From Lama glama (Eukaryota): DNA of 64,000 nt. A program made the position numbers and the translations under genes. This document shows, one piece after another, positions 25,641 to 38,659 of the stretch. Positions within the stretch are counted from its first letter, which is position 1. Each line of letters begins with the position of its first letter. The stretch covers positions 57,600,001-57,664,000 of the forward strand of contig CM052816.1 of assembly GCA_028534125.1 (NCBI GenBank), given 5' to 3'. The notes under the pieces are model-generated. The model did no database searches, had not been told where the DNA came from, and saw only the letters and a list, made by a program, of their open reading frames with translations.

Positions 25641-26018
25641 ATATATTTCCAAGTTGGTCTTCTAAGGTTCACAGAAATTCACAAATATGTGTACACATAT
25701 AAATGATGCATGTGTAGTTCCTTGATGAAGAGTTTATAATGTGGATCTGCCTTGGTATCACTAGTTATTTATGCTATTAAGCAGGAGGGAGGTCACCTCT
25801 ATCAGGCAATAAGCCTTCATTAGTTTGAATGCTTACTTCACAAAATTACTTATTTCATTGCATATTCATCCTACTCTTATCTCAGTAGGAAGGAAAATGG
25901 TCTCTGTAATTGAAACTAAAAATGGGCCATTGCTTATACTTCTTGGAGGGGTATAAATCAGACAAAGTCAATGTCAGGTCAAATAGGCAAGGTAAGGTAG
26001 AAAACCCACTCACACCTG

Positions 26019-26390
26019 TGTTACAAACTGCCTGCTTGTTCCAGCAGCCCCCGCCCCTTCCCCAACTGATATGTTGAAAACTAATCCCCAGAGTGTTGGT
26101 ATTTGGAGGTGGGGACTTTGGGAAGTAATTAGGTCATAAGCGTGGAGCCCTCATGAAAGAGATTAGTGTCCTTGTAGGAAGAAGGGAGAGAGATGACCTC
26201 TCTCAGCCACGTGAGGATACAGGAGAAGGTAGCTACCTACAGGCCAGGAAGCAGGTCCTCATCAGATACGAGTTGTTGGTGCCTTGATCTTAGACTTCCC
26301 AGTCTCTAGAACTGTGAGAAATAAATGTTTGTTGTTTAAGTCACCCAGTCTATGGTACTTTCATTATAGCAGTCTGAACTGATTAAGATA
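26019..26390 (+). mobile_element. MLT1A-type MaLR solo LTR
   Basis: GTATTTGGAGGTGGGGACTTTGGGAAGTAATTAGG...CTTGATCTTAGACTTCCCAGTCTCTAGAACTGTGAGAAATAAATGTTTGTTGTTTAAGTCACCCAGTCTATGGTA. Confidence 0.9.
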
Positions 26391-27169
26391 AACTCTTTAG
26401 CCTAAAAACCTAAATCAGTATATTGTAAGTGTAAATTAGTGTATTGCCCAGCTGCAAGATAAAGAAATCTAGCTCAAAGCAGAGAACCCCCCACAGTCTA
26501 ATGCAGGTCTAGTTCTTTCATTATGAAGCCCGGGCAGGCTGCTCATTATGATGCTCTCATCTTGTCAAATCCCCATGCAGGGGACTCCACAGGGAGGTCA
26601 TAAGGACCCAGATTCCTCCCTCAAAATAGGTAGATTCGGCTTTGCAAAAAGAAAACCTGTTTAGATAAAACATGGAGCCCATTCCTTTCCCTGTGAAAAG
26701 TGTTCTTAGGTGAGTTATCAGAGTGTAGAGAAGTGATATCATCTCTCCTTGTTCTTGCTCATTAACTTGTACCTTGAAACAAAAGGAACCGGTACTGATG
26801 GGTTTAAATCTTATGCAGGAGGGTTTTCCTTGGAGTGGCCTGAACTTCAGACTATGAGCCAGGAAGCTTGAGCATAGTTCTGACCCTGCTGTTAACCAGT
26901 TGTGTGTGCCTGGTAAGCCCATTAACTTCTGGAATCTCAAGCTCCTTATTCCTCATAATGTCTCGCTGGTGATAAACACATTTTATGTGAAAACATTTCA
27001 GGAAGTTTGGGGCCCTAAAAAATGTAGGATATCTGAGACTCCTACTGTGACCCTTTAAAGTACCTTGGGCCATAATCCCTTTGTGATTTGCCTCTGCCAC
27101 ATTTACCATTGTGGTGGTACCTGCTCACTTGTTCCAGCGCCAAAAATAGCTTTAAAAGGATCTCTTGTA

Positions 27170-27310
27170 CTAATACAGTGTTTTCAAGTTTTGAAAACAC
27201 TTTTACACACACCATTTCATTTAATCCTCATAATACCTCTTTGAAATAGGCAGAGCAAGAATTATTCTTACTCTTATTTTAGGGATGAGGGAACTGAGGC
27301 TTAGAGTCCA
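27170..27310 (-). mobile_element. MIR/MIR3 fragment
   Basis: CATTTAATCCTCATAATACCTCTTTGAAATAGG...ATTTTAGGGATGAGGGAACTGAGGCTTAGAG. Confidence 0.75.
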
Positions 27311-28729
27311 GAAGTGTTTCCCTTCTTTTGACTTCTCGCAACTCCCCAGCTTCTCTCTCTGCTTCTCCTGAGGTTCACACGTCAGTTTTTCAGATCCTCC
27401 TCCATCCTCTGTGCCTTCCAGATTAGAGCCTAGAAGCTTGAATTGGTCTCCCCCACTGGCCTCTCACTGGCTCCCCCAAGACAAATGTTCTCTCTTGCTC
27501 CTTTAAATCTCAAGTTTTCTATAATTCTTTATCTGGGAGACAGAGAAAAACCCCAGTCTTTCTGAAAGCATGTACTGCCTGCCTAGCCTAGGCCAGGTAC
27601 TCTGCCTATTCTCAACCTTCCTCCCTTCCTTTTTACTCTCCATCAGTATGAAAATCATTTATGCAGCAAATATTCCTTGAGTTCCTATTTTTTTTGCAGG
27701 GCACTGTTTAAATATTTTTAGTGAAAGGAGCAGGTATATGCAAAAATCTCACAGTTGGCGGGGGCAGCTATTTGCATTTTTAAGTGGTGTGTCTGTTTTA
27801 TGATTGCCCTGTGTTCCTCTACGTGGTATTGTCAGTCTTGGACTATAAGTTGCATGAGGATGGGTCCCTGCATTCTGAACTCACCACTAGCTGATATATG
27901 AAGAGAGATACTTCATCAGGGCGTTTTTGTCTACCTCAGTGATTTCCACTGATATTAAAAGTCAGGACTGGTAGAGACATGAAAACAAAACAGGACAGTC
28001 TCATCTCAAAAGAAATAGCTGAAGAAATGGTGGCAAAACTTTTAAAATTATTGAATGGTGTATGTTCTTTAGTCATTATGTATAAGACTACAGAGATTCT
28101 TCTTCACCCGGATGCTGGGTTCATGGAAATTTTCTCTGAAGAACCAGCTACATGACAAATGCTCATTTGTGCATCTGCTACATGAACCCTGTAGTGAAGT
28201 GTAGGCTTAAGACCTTCTTAATTCATTAGTCTGTAACTCTTTGATTCTGGAAGCTACAGACCTTGTGCCTTGTCATCATTTTCATAAAGCATTACTTGGG
28301 GTAGTGTTCACTGTAAAATATTGAGCTTATTAAGAGTTTTGGGACCCCTGATTAACTTTCACAGCAAAAGCTATGTTAAGTAAATTAGGTGCCAAATAAA
28401 TCTAAAATGACTGTGGAAAGTCATCAGCTAAATTAAGATGCCGACAGCTCACATAACAAGATGTGAAGCAATGATAATTAAGGAAAATAATCACCTTTGC
28501 TGCTGAGAAGACAGGTTTGACCCCCAGTGAAGTAACTCCCAAGGCATCTGTTTTCTAAAAGAGAGCTCTTGCTTTGTTCTTCTGTGAAGGGCAAGAGAGA
28601 CAAGACATCCTTTTCTGTATTTCAATATTCAATATATGCTCTATTGGAGAGAATTATGTTTAGGAAATAATCTTGTTCGAGGCAGAAGGCTAGATTCAGG
28701 AATTACCCAAGATCTCTTATAACCCTAGG

Positions 28730-29115
28730 TGTGGCCGACTCACAGCTCCCTTCCCCCCGACTCTCCTCTCTATTGACAAGGCAAGGAAACTAAAACTTCA
28801 CCTTTTAGACTCCTTCAGCCGCTGAGATGTTAATGGGAATTGCTGGATACAGGTTCTGGGGAAGCTTTTCAAAAGGAATAGATGTGACTGGCCCATCCAT
28901 CCTGACTTGTGTTCCTTTCTTCCTACTTGGATGGTGACCAGGATGCCCGCCTGGAGATGCAGGAGCCATGTTTGAAGGAAGGCAGCAAGGGAAGCCAAAA
29001 GGAGCCTGGACTGCTTGCTTCTGGGCTCTTTCTCGCTTGAGAGAAGAACTCCTATCTGTTGAAGCTATTTTCAGCAGGATTTTTGTTGTTTGCAGTCAAG
29101 ATACCAGCCTAATTT
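28730..29115 (+). mobile_element. Old MLT1 (J/K-like) MaLR LTR
   Basis: GCCTGGAGATGCAGGAGCCATGTT...GAGAAGAACTCCTATCTGTTGAAGCTATT...TTGTTGTTTGCAGTCAA. Confidence 0.6.
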
Positions 29116-29963
29116 TAGGAATTTTCAGCTCAGAGGATAATTCCTCAGCAGTGCTGTTAGGTTTAGTAGAAGTAAAGTAACAGTGACAGTACTCTGTTCT
29201 TCAGGGTAACAATTTACATTAGGGATTTTCAGACAATGACATGAACTCTGGAGAACTCACAGCCAGACCCACGAGTATAGACCCAGTGTGAGCACTGTTC
29301 TCATTGGGCCCTTCCCTCTCTCAATCTGGTGACAGTTCGCTTCTCGGCAGATAACTCTCCATCAGTTTCAGAGGACTCATTTGGGAAGCAGGATTATATC
29401 TAATTTACTGGCTTCTTGGAATGATGCGTCTGTGTTTGTTCTCTTGGGATCTAGTATTTAACCCTTCCTGCTCCAAAGAATGCTTCTAAAGTTATAAAGA
29501 CTAAGCAGGGTTTCCTGGCTATATTACTTTCAGCTACCATACTTGGGTTCTTCTGTATAATCCTGGAAATGAAGCAATGACAACAAATTCAGACCTAAAA
29601 GGGAGGAAGGAAAGGAGAATGAGAGGATGATGAACATTAACTGCTACAGAATATGCTCTCCTAGGTCACAATCTGTTTGTCATGCCCCTCCACATACACT
29701 TTGGACACTCCTTGAGCATTTAAGTAACAGGACAACAGTGGTCAACTGGTGAAGTGGATCATAATGCCTCTGCTTGCTTCCTCTTTGTATGAGGTGCCTA
29801 TACAGAAGGAATAGGATTGACTCATTTTTCACCCCTGCCAATGGCCTAGTTGTATACATTTTAGGAGATTTTATACTTAATTATGGGGCACACTGAGGAT
29901 TCGGTTATATTCCTTCTTGAGATGTGATTTCTTTAATTTCCTCAACAAACATTTTTTGAACAC

Positions 29964-31693
29964 TGCTTTAGTTATCTACTACTATATCACATAGTACCCC
30001 AAAACTTAGTGACCTGAAACAAAAAAATAAGTATGCATTATCTCACACAGTGTTTGAGTGTCAAGAGTTCAGGAGCAATTTAGCTTGGTGATTCTGGTTT
30101 AGACAAGATATCAGTGGGGCTGCAATCATCTGAAGTCTAGACTGAGGCTGAAGGAGCCAGTTCTAAGACTGCTCACTCACATGGTAATTGGCTGGAGGCC
30201 TCAGTCAGTCACAGAGTGTGCATAGGAGACCTCACTAGGTAGTGCTGTTCCTTCCCAGAATGATTCTCAATGACTCTTAGCTCCACCCTCTGTGTCATAG
30301 TTCCTTATCCACCAAAGGTAATCTGTGTGTGCAGCTGCAGAGTTTTCTTCCTGTAGAAGTTTGTGAGTCTAGAGGCTGCTTTTGCTTTTGTACTATCTCT
30401 GCCCCTTTCAATACAAGCGGACATATTTCCAAAAATAAAATCTGTGGGTCTGACAAAACTTTGTGGGTTTGTAATCCTATTGATGTTCACTGCATTTGGT
30501 AAAAGCAACATCCGCAGATTGTTTCAAGATAAGTCTTTCTCTTCTTGAGCTTCTCTGAAACTGCAGAGGGACAACAGCCTTTTGCTTCTTAGAAGCTCTG
30601 TTGACTTCATAGTTCTCCAAGCACAACCTTGGGTATTTCTGAATCATAAAGGATTTCATGGTCAATTCCTTGGCATCATCTTTAGACCATGTTTTTTTTT
30701 CTGATAGTACCCTCAAAAGAGTTTGCTAGAAGGGCAAGCTGGCAAGCTTTAAATATAACACTTCCTGGGTTCTTTGTGTTTGTCAGTCCTTCCTTTAGCT
30801 TATCTTTTGCCTCTTAAATTTTACCATAAGCAGCAAGAAGAAACAGGTGGCATCTTCAACACTCTGACTGGAAATCTTTGGTCAGCCAAATCATCAGGTG
30901 CATTTTCTAATTTCTACTATGTTGCTAAACACTTTGCCACTTCATAAGAAGATCGGCTTTCTTCCTCTCCTCTAATTCCCAATAGATTTTTCCTTATTTT
31001 CCTTTAAGCCTCACCTGCAGCCTCCTCAAAGGCTATCAAGCTTCTACTCTCAGAACCTTCAGGGCTCTTCAGGCTTCTCTAAAAGTTTCTTCTAAGTCCA
31101 TGCAACTTCTGCCTGCTTCCCAGTTCCAAAGTCATTCTCATGTTTCAGTTTTTTACTAAAGCAGCACTATTGCACTTTTGGGTACTAAAATCTAAATTAA
31201 GTATCTATTGTTTTATAACAATTACTCAAAAACTTAACATCGAAAAACAAAAAACATGTATTACCGCAAACAGTTTCTGTGGGTTAGGAATTTGGTAATG
31301 GCTAGCTCAAGGTTTGGCTCAGGTTCTCTCTTCATATTGTAGTCAAGACGTCAGCTAGGGCTGCACAGGCATCAGAAGGCTTAGCTACAGCTGGAGGATC
31401 CATTTCTAAGAACAGCTCACTTGGCTACTGGAGGAGGCCTCCGTCATAGGGCTGCTTAAGTATTCTCATGTCATGGCAGCAGGCTTCTCCTAGAGCGAGT
31501 GATCTTGCAAGAGAAAGCAAGGCAAAGCCATAATGTCTTTCATGACCAAGCCTCAAAAGTCACAAACCATAATCTCCTTCATATCCTTTTGGTGGCATAG
31601 GTCAGCTCTATTCAATATGGGAAGAGACTACACATGGACATGACTACCAGAAGGCGAGGATCCTTGGGGCCGTCACAGAAGCTGGCTACCACA
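29964..31693 (-). mobile_element. MLT1 (G/H-like) MaLR provirus: LTR, internal region, LTR, with 5-bp TSD AACAC
   Basis: Two homologous LTR starts (29964 TGCTTTAGTTATCTACT...CAAAACTTAGTG; ~31195 AATTAAGTATCTATTG...CAAAAACTTAAC). An MLT1-int-like segment runs ~30250-31190 and ends AAAGCAGCAC...GGGTACTAAAATC. Termini are TG...CA. AACAC lies at 29959-29963 and 31694-31698. Confidence 0.85.
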
Positions 31694-33144
31694 AACACTT
31701 ACCAGGGCCAAGCTTCTATAGAGGGCACAACCAGGGGCAGAAGAAAAGGTCCCTTTCCTCAAGGAACTTAAATTCTAACTTGGGTGATTAGACATATACA
31801 CAAAATAATGTGAAAAAAAATCATTGAATTCTATAGCCAAATTGCTGGAACTGTAAGGAAAAAGCACTCAATGCCTTTCTGTATTTATTTCTTCTACTAG
31901 CTCGTAAGTTCCTGGCAGGGCCTTACTCATCTTTATTCCTCACAGGGCTCAGCCTAGGGCCTTGCCAAATATATGTTCAGTAAATATTTCTTAAGTAAAC
32001 AAAACCCTCTGGCAAGGTCAAGGAAAACTAAAAACTAAGAATAGGCCATTGGATCTAATGATTAAATCTATTGCTTTAGAAAAATGACTTCAGGAGGCTA
32101 TTGGAATAAAACTGAGATTGCAGAAGGCTAAGGAAGTGATGAGAGTAGATCAAGTTTGGATGTAAAATGTCAAGTAGGGACTGGGTTTAGTTTAAGAGGA
32201 GTTGGCCAAAAGGTGGTGTTCTAAATTTAAGGGAGATTTGGGCATTTTTCTAGGCAAGAGAGGATTCAGAGAGAAGAGAAGAGAAAATGAAACTGAAGAC
32301 AAACTTTGATAACTAATGAAACAATGTCCCAGGAAGGACTCAGAAGCATAGATAGAGGACTAGGCATAGAAAAGAAAGGGGGCATTTCTTTCTTAGAAGA
32401 AGGATAGATGATAATGAGACATTTTAGATTGATGAAAAGGGAAGTTTTGTTAGGTCATGTTGAGTGGCCTTGATTTTTTTAGTGAGGTTGGGACAGCATC
32501 ATTCTGTAGACTGAGGGGATGAAGGGAATAGAAGCTGGAGGACGCTGGATGGGGAAGAGCTGTTCGAAGAGGCTTGAGAGGGATGACCCCAGTCCTCCTG
32601 GGTGGCAATGAGCACCCTGCGGGGGCTGGGTCATCTGGGTCTCTAGGAGAACCAGTGTGCATGGGGGCACAATGCCCTCTGGCTTCACTCAGCGGGCTAT
32701 GAGCAGAAGGACAGGAAATAAATGGAAAATAACAGCTGCTGATACAAATGGCGATGGTGGGGAATCTCAGGAGACCTGGTCCATCTGATTTCCGCCCTGA
32801 CTGATTGTTTGCGTTACGTGGTGTAATTTCTTTCCTTTGAAAATCACTATAAACCTTAGATTGAGGAAAAATGGCATAATCTGTCACTTAAATGTGTGGT
32901 GTGTAATGGGGAAAATATGGAAAAGGGCTTAAATCTTTTTAACAGTTCTTAGCAAGAACAATTTAAGATTCAGTTACTGATTAGCACTGCTTCAGATCAA
33001 GTAAGAAATGTCAATATCCTCTTTATATTTCAGCCCACAGGAAATAAACACTTCGTTTTCATGATCTTCCATAGATAGATCCTGTAATGAAATCATAAAG
33101 CCAGCTGCATTTTATGAAGAATATTCTCAAAAGTATAGAGAATA

Positions 33145-33320
33145 GTACTGGACGGGGGCTTAGGAGACCTGGGTTCTATTCCAGCTCTGCCACTATCTCT
33201 GTGACTCTGGGTAAGTCACTTAATCACTGCTGGGCCTTAACCACTCATTTGTAAAATAGGAAACTGGATTGGATGCTCACCAGTGCTTTTCAGCTCTAAC
33301 ATTTTATGGTTCTATGGTTT
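33145..33320 (+). mobile_element. MIR3-like SINE
   Basis: GGAGACCTGGGTTCTATTCCAGCTCTGCCACT...GTGACTCTGGGTAAGTCACTTAA...CAGCTCTAACATTTTATG. Confidence 0.8.
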
Positions 33321-33761
33321 CCAGCCCATCAAATCACTTAGATTTTCCTCTGTGAGTTGGACACTAGGGGTCACATTTAGATAACCACCCAAACACATCT
33401 GTCTGAGTCTGCTAAACATGCCCCATTTCCTTCAATAGATGGCTCTCAGCAGCTAGATAATGATTGGTCTACTTTCTCACTTATAACATTCTTAAATAAG
33501 ATTGTATTGTTTCCCTTTCTGGTGGGCTGAGAATTCTGGCGGAAAGTGAGAAACATTCTCTGATTCAGGCTTTTTTCTTTGGATTAATGCGATTTTCTCT
33601 CTTTCACATGACCCCAAATTAAGTGAATCGTTCATTCATGGGGCAAATAAATTCTTCCTGAAACTTTCATATTTTTCCTCACCAATACTTTTTCCTGTCT
33701 GGGTGGTAGTATCCCCAAATAGATCACTTTTAAAAAATCAGAATTGCTTTCATGGAAAACT

Positions 33762-34085
33762 TTGTTTTTGCATTATTATTATTATATTTTTAAAATTGTA
33801 GTATAGTCAGTTATTGTAAACCTCTTAGGAGAAAACATAGGCAAAACATTTTCTGACATAAATCTTAGCAATGTTCTCCTAGGGCAGTCGACCCAGGCAA
33901 TAGAAATAAAAGCAAAAATAAACAAATGGGACCTAATTAAACTTATAAGCTTTTGCACAGCAAAGGAAACCATAAGCAAAACAAAAAGACAACCTACGGA
34001 ATGGGAGAAAATACTTGCAAATGATGAGACTAACAAGGGCTTAATTTCCAGAATATATAAACAGCTCATACAACTTAATAACAGA
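33762..34085. mobile_element. Young L1 insertion with inversion: short 3' end on minus, ORF2 fragment on plus
   Basis: 33819-34085 (+) translates without stops as NLLGENIGKTFSDINLSNVLLGQSTQAIEIKAKINKWDLIKLISFCTAKETISKTKRQPTEWEKILANDETNKGLISRIYKQLIQLNNR (L1 ORF2). It is preceded by a T-rich tail and AATTGTAGTATAGTCAGTT, the antisense L1 3' terminus. Confidence 0.9.
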
Positions 34086-35429
34086 AAACTATTTCTGAGA
34101 GCTTCTCATGAATGATTCAAATTTCTTCAACAACCTGGTTTTGTGATCTGTTTTGCTTTCAGGAGAAGCCACCTAGAGAGATGGGCTCCTTCTCCAATTT
34201 CCTTGCCAGAAGGTCTCCGCAATTTTTCTTTATCATGTTCCCATTTCAGCATTCCTCTTTCCAGCCTGAGTCACATTTGCCCTACCTTAATGTTCAATTC
34301 TCAGGGAGGATGGAGAATTAAAATTATTAGTAACATGGGGAAGGATAATGTTATAAACCATTCTCACACTTAATAGCAATGCTTTCCTGCATCTACATAG
34401 CTTCACAGTTTCGAAAGTGTCTTTACATATATTATTTGCTTTGAGTATCACTGGTGTTCTTTATCCCTCTTATATCTCCTTTGCTAAGAAATAAAGCCTA
34501 AGGGGGATATGGAAATGAAGGCAAAGCAGTGAAGGCAGCCAGCCTGGAGAAGTGGGTGAAACTCTTGTCTTGGCAACTTGGATTAAGTCCTGACTCTGTG
34601 TATCTTTGGACAAGTCACACTCATTCTTTGAGCCTGGATTTCCTCATCTGAAAATTGTGAATATGAGTACTCACTCTACCCATGGGCTATCAAGAGGATG
34701 GTCATTTCTTACCTTCCTGCAACCAATTTACCATGCTCAACATCCTGAGTGAGAGTTTAAAGGAAATGCCATCAGAGGTACAGTTTTTACTCCTGGGCGG
34801 AGCTACTGTCTCGGCTGCCCCTCCTTCCTATCCTGGTACTCTGAGTTATGCAGACAACCTGGAAGAAAATCGGGAGAACCTTTGCTTCCTTCCTTCAAGC
34901 CTAGAGACAGCAGGGTTCCCTGCCTTCTTTCCTCCAAACACAGAGACAGTCCTCTCCTCTTTCCTCCCACTCTTGTTCCTTCAGGAACCCAAATGCCTCC
35001 ACCTTAAAATCATCTCAGTGCTCCAAACCCCTCAGATCAGAGGACTCTGGATGTGAAGCTTGGGTGCCACAACAGACCAAGGCTTGCACACGCCTTGCTT
35101 TTTTCACTAACGTTTTGCTCCTGCTGCGGTTTTGTGGTAACGCTCCCAGGGTAAGAGGTTGTTTAATTTCCTCCATCTCTTTTCTGGACTTAGAATATCC
35201 TCCTTTACAGCAAAGCATGCTAGAAAGCATTGGCACTGGAGTCAGAAAGATCCACGTTCCCCAGTGACTAGCTAGGCAAGTTATTTAACGTCCCTGAGCC
35301 CTGGTTTCCTACCAATGTAGGACATGGCACAGTGTGGACACTCGGGATGCCGCAGGGGACACTTCTTGTTTTCCCAGGATTGTGGCAAAAGCAAAAGTGA
35401 GCGCAGTAGGCACTAAGCGCTCTACATTT

Positions 35430-36150
35430 CAAGTTCCATCAACAGCCAGTGAGCTTGGGAGGAAAAGAGAAGGAACCTCCACCCCATCTGTGGACCTGGA
35501 AGGAGGTGGAAGTGGAGCCTTGTGTCCACATGGAGGAGCTCAGAGGGTAGTGGAGAGGCAGGAGGTATAGGTCTGCCAAATAGCCTCAGGGTTACACGAT
35601 GGGATGCCCAACCCAGCAGAAGAACTGCAGTGTGCGTGTGGGTCCCAAGGGAGATGCAGATGTCCCTTTGGGAAAAAGGGCTCACGAATGGGGAGGCTGG
35701 AGTGAAGCTGAACCCCACCCTAAGGAAACCTGGGTACCATCTGTGAGTAGAACACCCATTAGCAGAGGCCACCAGAAGTAGGCAAGAGTTTGGGCCAGAG
35801 TAGTAAAGGTGGGGAAGGAGAAAGTTCAAAGGCAGAAATAAAAGGGAAGACAGTGTGAAGAGCAGATTTCATTTATTCTCATCCCACAGTTGAGGGAAGG
35901 GGAAGAGTTGAGATTAGAATGAAGTTTTAATATAAGTAAGAGTGCATCTTAAATAGCAAAATGAGATGGCTCCAAACACTGTAAGTGGTAAGAGTGTTAA
36001 CAGAAGCTGGCAAAGGGCTATGTTTGGACCAGCTACCATAAATGGGACAGGAGGGTATCAAGAAAGCCTATTTAAGAGTAATTCAGAAAACGAATAAATA
36101 AATAAAATAAATAAGTAAATAAGTAAGTAAGTAAATAAATAAGTAATGTT
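35430..36150 (+). mobile_element. Possible ancient mammalian Gypsy-like LTR (MamGypLTR-type), ending in a (TAAA)/(TAAG) repeat
   Basis: Purine-rich body with a GAAAGCCTATTTAAGAG...GAATAAA tail; weak recollection of the consensus only. Confidence 0.3.
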
Positions 36151-37603
36151 TATGCCCCAGGGAGCTGTGTTTCCTCCTCAGTAATCCAGTTATGTCAACA
36201 ATTGGTAGTCTTCGTTTTGGTGGCTCTTAAACCCTTTCTAGTTGCTGCTGCTTTCCCCTTCACAGAGAGACTCCTTTTTAAAAAATACATTTTCATTGTT
36301 ACCCTTTCTGTTTGGTTCTCTTTCAAATCTCTGTGCTCTTTCCTTCAAAATGCCCCACTTTGCCTAATGAATTCTATTTCTTTCCTCAGCTGGATGAACA
36401 TTTTAAACATATTTATTTTAAAATCACTTTCAGGTTAATCTAATATTTATAGTTCTTTCAATATAATTTCTCCTGTTTTTGCACCATTGATTATCTCTGA
36501 GCAAATTGCCTTTCCTTATTTGCTTCTGCTTATGGACAGAAGAAAGTGTCTTCTTCAGTGTCCTATGCAGACCTGAGAGCTAGAGACTTCAGCTCCATTT
36601 TGTGGTCACCGCAGACAGGGTCCTAAGAAGTTTGCCAATTTCTCAACTCTGTGCATCTCTCTCTGTGTCTATGTCTGTCTGTCTGTCTGCCTGTCCCTCT
36701 TTGGGTATGCAGGGCACACAGCTGAAGGCACAGCAGTCGGGGGCGGGGGTTCTGATTTTTCATGGCTGACTCTTCTACCAGTAACTGAGCTTGGCACTTG
36801 CTTCTAAGCCAAGCCCTTGAACTGCAGACAATGATTTTTTTCAACTTTCAGCTTTGTCTAGGGAGTCAACTCAGCTTCCCCACTTGTGCAGTGCCTGTGG
36901 CCTCTGCTCTTGTCCTCCTTTTCCACACACCCCAGTCCCTACACTGTGAGAAAATCTAATGTCAGATTTGCTTAGTCCTGTGATCATGAAACTCCAATTC
37001 CCACTCAGCACCATGGGGCCCTTCTTCATTTCTGGCACCTACAGCATTCTCTTTATTTCTGAATTTGACAAATACTGTTAAAATATGTATCCAATGTTCT
37101 CTGTATTTGCTGGGGAGGGAGCTGAATACAAGAAGTATTTTCTCTGTTTCCAATTTCTATAGTTGGATAAAGGAACAAGGTTGTAAAAGCTTTTGTCTAT
37201 AGATGTTTTTGGAGTCTGGTGGCTTTAGAGGGAATTGGTACATAGGTTGTTAGCAGTAGTGACCCCATTATATTCTAGAATGGATATGAAGTTAGTGTTG
37301 ATGTATTTCTTGTTAAATGTTCTGAAAATCCCTTAGGGAATTTGGAACAATGGAAAGACGAGAAGTCAAGAGCTGTTTTCAGCCCTGGACTTGGGGTAAT
37401 GGACTAGTGCCTCTTTGATTTAGGGAGTTACCTCAGTTTGGGGGCAAGATGTCTAGGCTGAAGCTGCTGAGAAAGAAGCCACAGTCTGATGGAATAAGCC
37501 CCCACCTCACCCTAGCCTAGGAGTAATCAGCATGAGAAAAAAGGCAGGAGAAATGCTTTTTGGTATGGATCTTGGGACTTCATTTTTCTGTTTTAATCTA
37601 TAA

Positions 37604-37810
37604 AAGAGTTTCTCAACCTCAGCACTGTTGACATTTAGGCCAGATAATGCTTTGTTGTGATGGGCTGGCTCTTCAGTGTGTTCCAGGCTGTTTGACAGCA
37701 TTTCTGGCCTCTACCTACTAGATGCCAGGAGCAACCCCGCAAAAATGTTTCCAGATGTTGCCAAGTGTCTTTGGGTATTAAAAGATCCCTCTCTTCTTTG
37801 AGAATCTCTG
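37604..37810 (+). mobile_element. MER20 hAT-Charlie element with degenerate 8-bp TSD
   Basis: TTTCTCAACCTCAGCACTGTTGACATTTAGGCCAGATAAT...CTACCTACTAGATGCCAG...CCAGATGTTGCCAAGTGTC...TGAGAATCTCTG; flanks ATCTATAA / ATCTTTGA. Confidence 0.9.
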
Positions 37811-38329
37811 ATCTTTGAGAGCAAGGGATGGTCAGCCTTGTCTGATTGATCAGTTAATCGTTTGACGAAGATGTACTGAGAGCTTTCCAGGTAGCAGGTC
37901 CTGACACACAAAAGTTTCGAGCCTAGCCTGAAAGTATGCACAGCCTAGCAGTGGAGACAGATGTGAGAACAAACATGGAGATTACACTACAATGTCACAT
38001 GGGCAGAATGTCTGGGGACAGACTGAGAAAAACCTCAGAGATGCGATAGCATTTAACTGGAATTCACCCAGGCAAGGGGATGGGGGCAGCCCAGAACCAA
38101 ACATGCAAGGAGATGAAGGTAAGGGAGAGCAGGCTGTGTTCTGGAAATCCATGACATTGGCCTTTAACTTTTGAGAAGGACCCTCTCCTTTGAGAATCCT
38201 CAATTTTGCAAACACCATTATAATGCAGTTTCCCCCATAAAATCCACTAATGTCTTAAACAAAATTTCTGAGATATCACTTCATATCCCTCTTGGGTTCT
38301 TCAGATGGGGAGCTAAAGTGCAGGGAGTT

Positions 38330-38545
38330 GGTTCACGGTTCCTAATTTCAGATTTATACTGTGCCCCTTATGGGTGGTGTGACTTTGACAGCGACTTTAA
38401 CTCTCTTGTTATTGAGTCTTCTCAGCTGTGAAGGGGTGATAATAACAGCCCCTACTTCATAGGCTTGCTGTGATTACTAAGAGAAACCACACACTGGTAG
38501 AGTGCTTAACACAGCTCCCGGCACATAGTAAACACTCATTAAAAT
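38330..38545 (+). mobile_element. MIR SINE
   Basis: GTGTGACTTTGACAGCGACTTTAACTCTCT...ATAATAACAGCCCCTACTTCATAGG...GGCACATAGTAAACACTCA. Confidence 0.8.
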
Positions 38546-38659
38546 CTTTGACTTCTACTCTCTTCGCTCTGCTCCATACCTCCTTACCCCCATGTGTGTA
38601 CCTTTCTCTGCCTTCTGCTTACTCATCTTGCACATGGCTTCCAAGTGCCTCAAGTCATC

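Noticed and set aside
32450..32887. 145-aa minus-strand ORF
   Set aside because: No recognisable homology or splice context, and it partly overlaps L2-like sequence
33782..34069. 95-aa minus-strand ORF (MSCLYILEIKPLL...)
   Set aside because: It is the well-known antisense reading of L1 ORF2, not a gene
37003..37025. TCAGCACCATGG, REST/RE1-like
   Set aside because: Only the left half matches; the ACAGCGCC right half is absent
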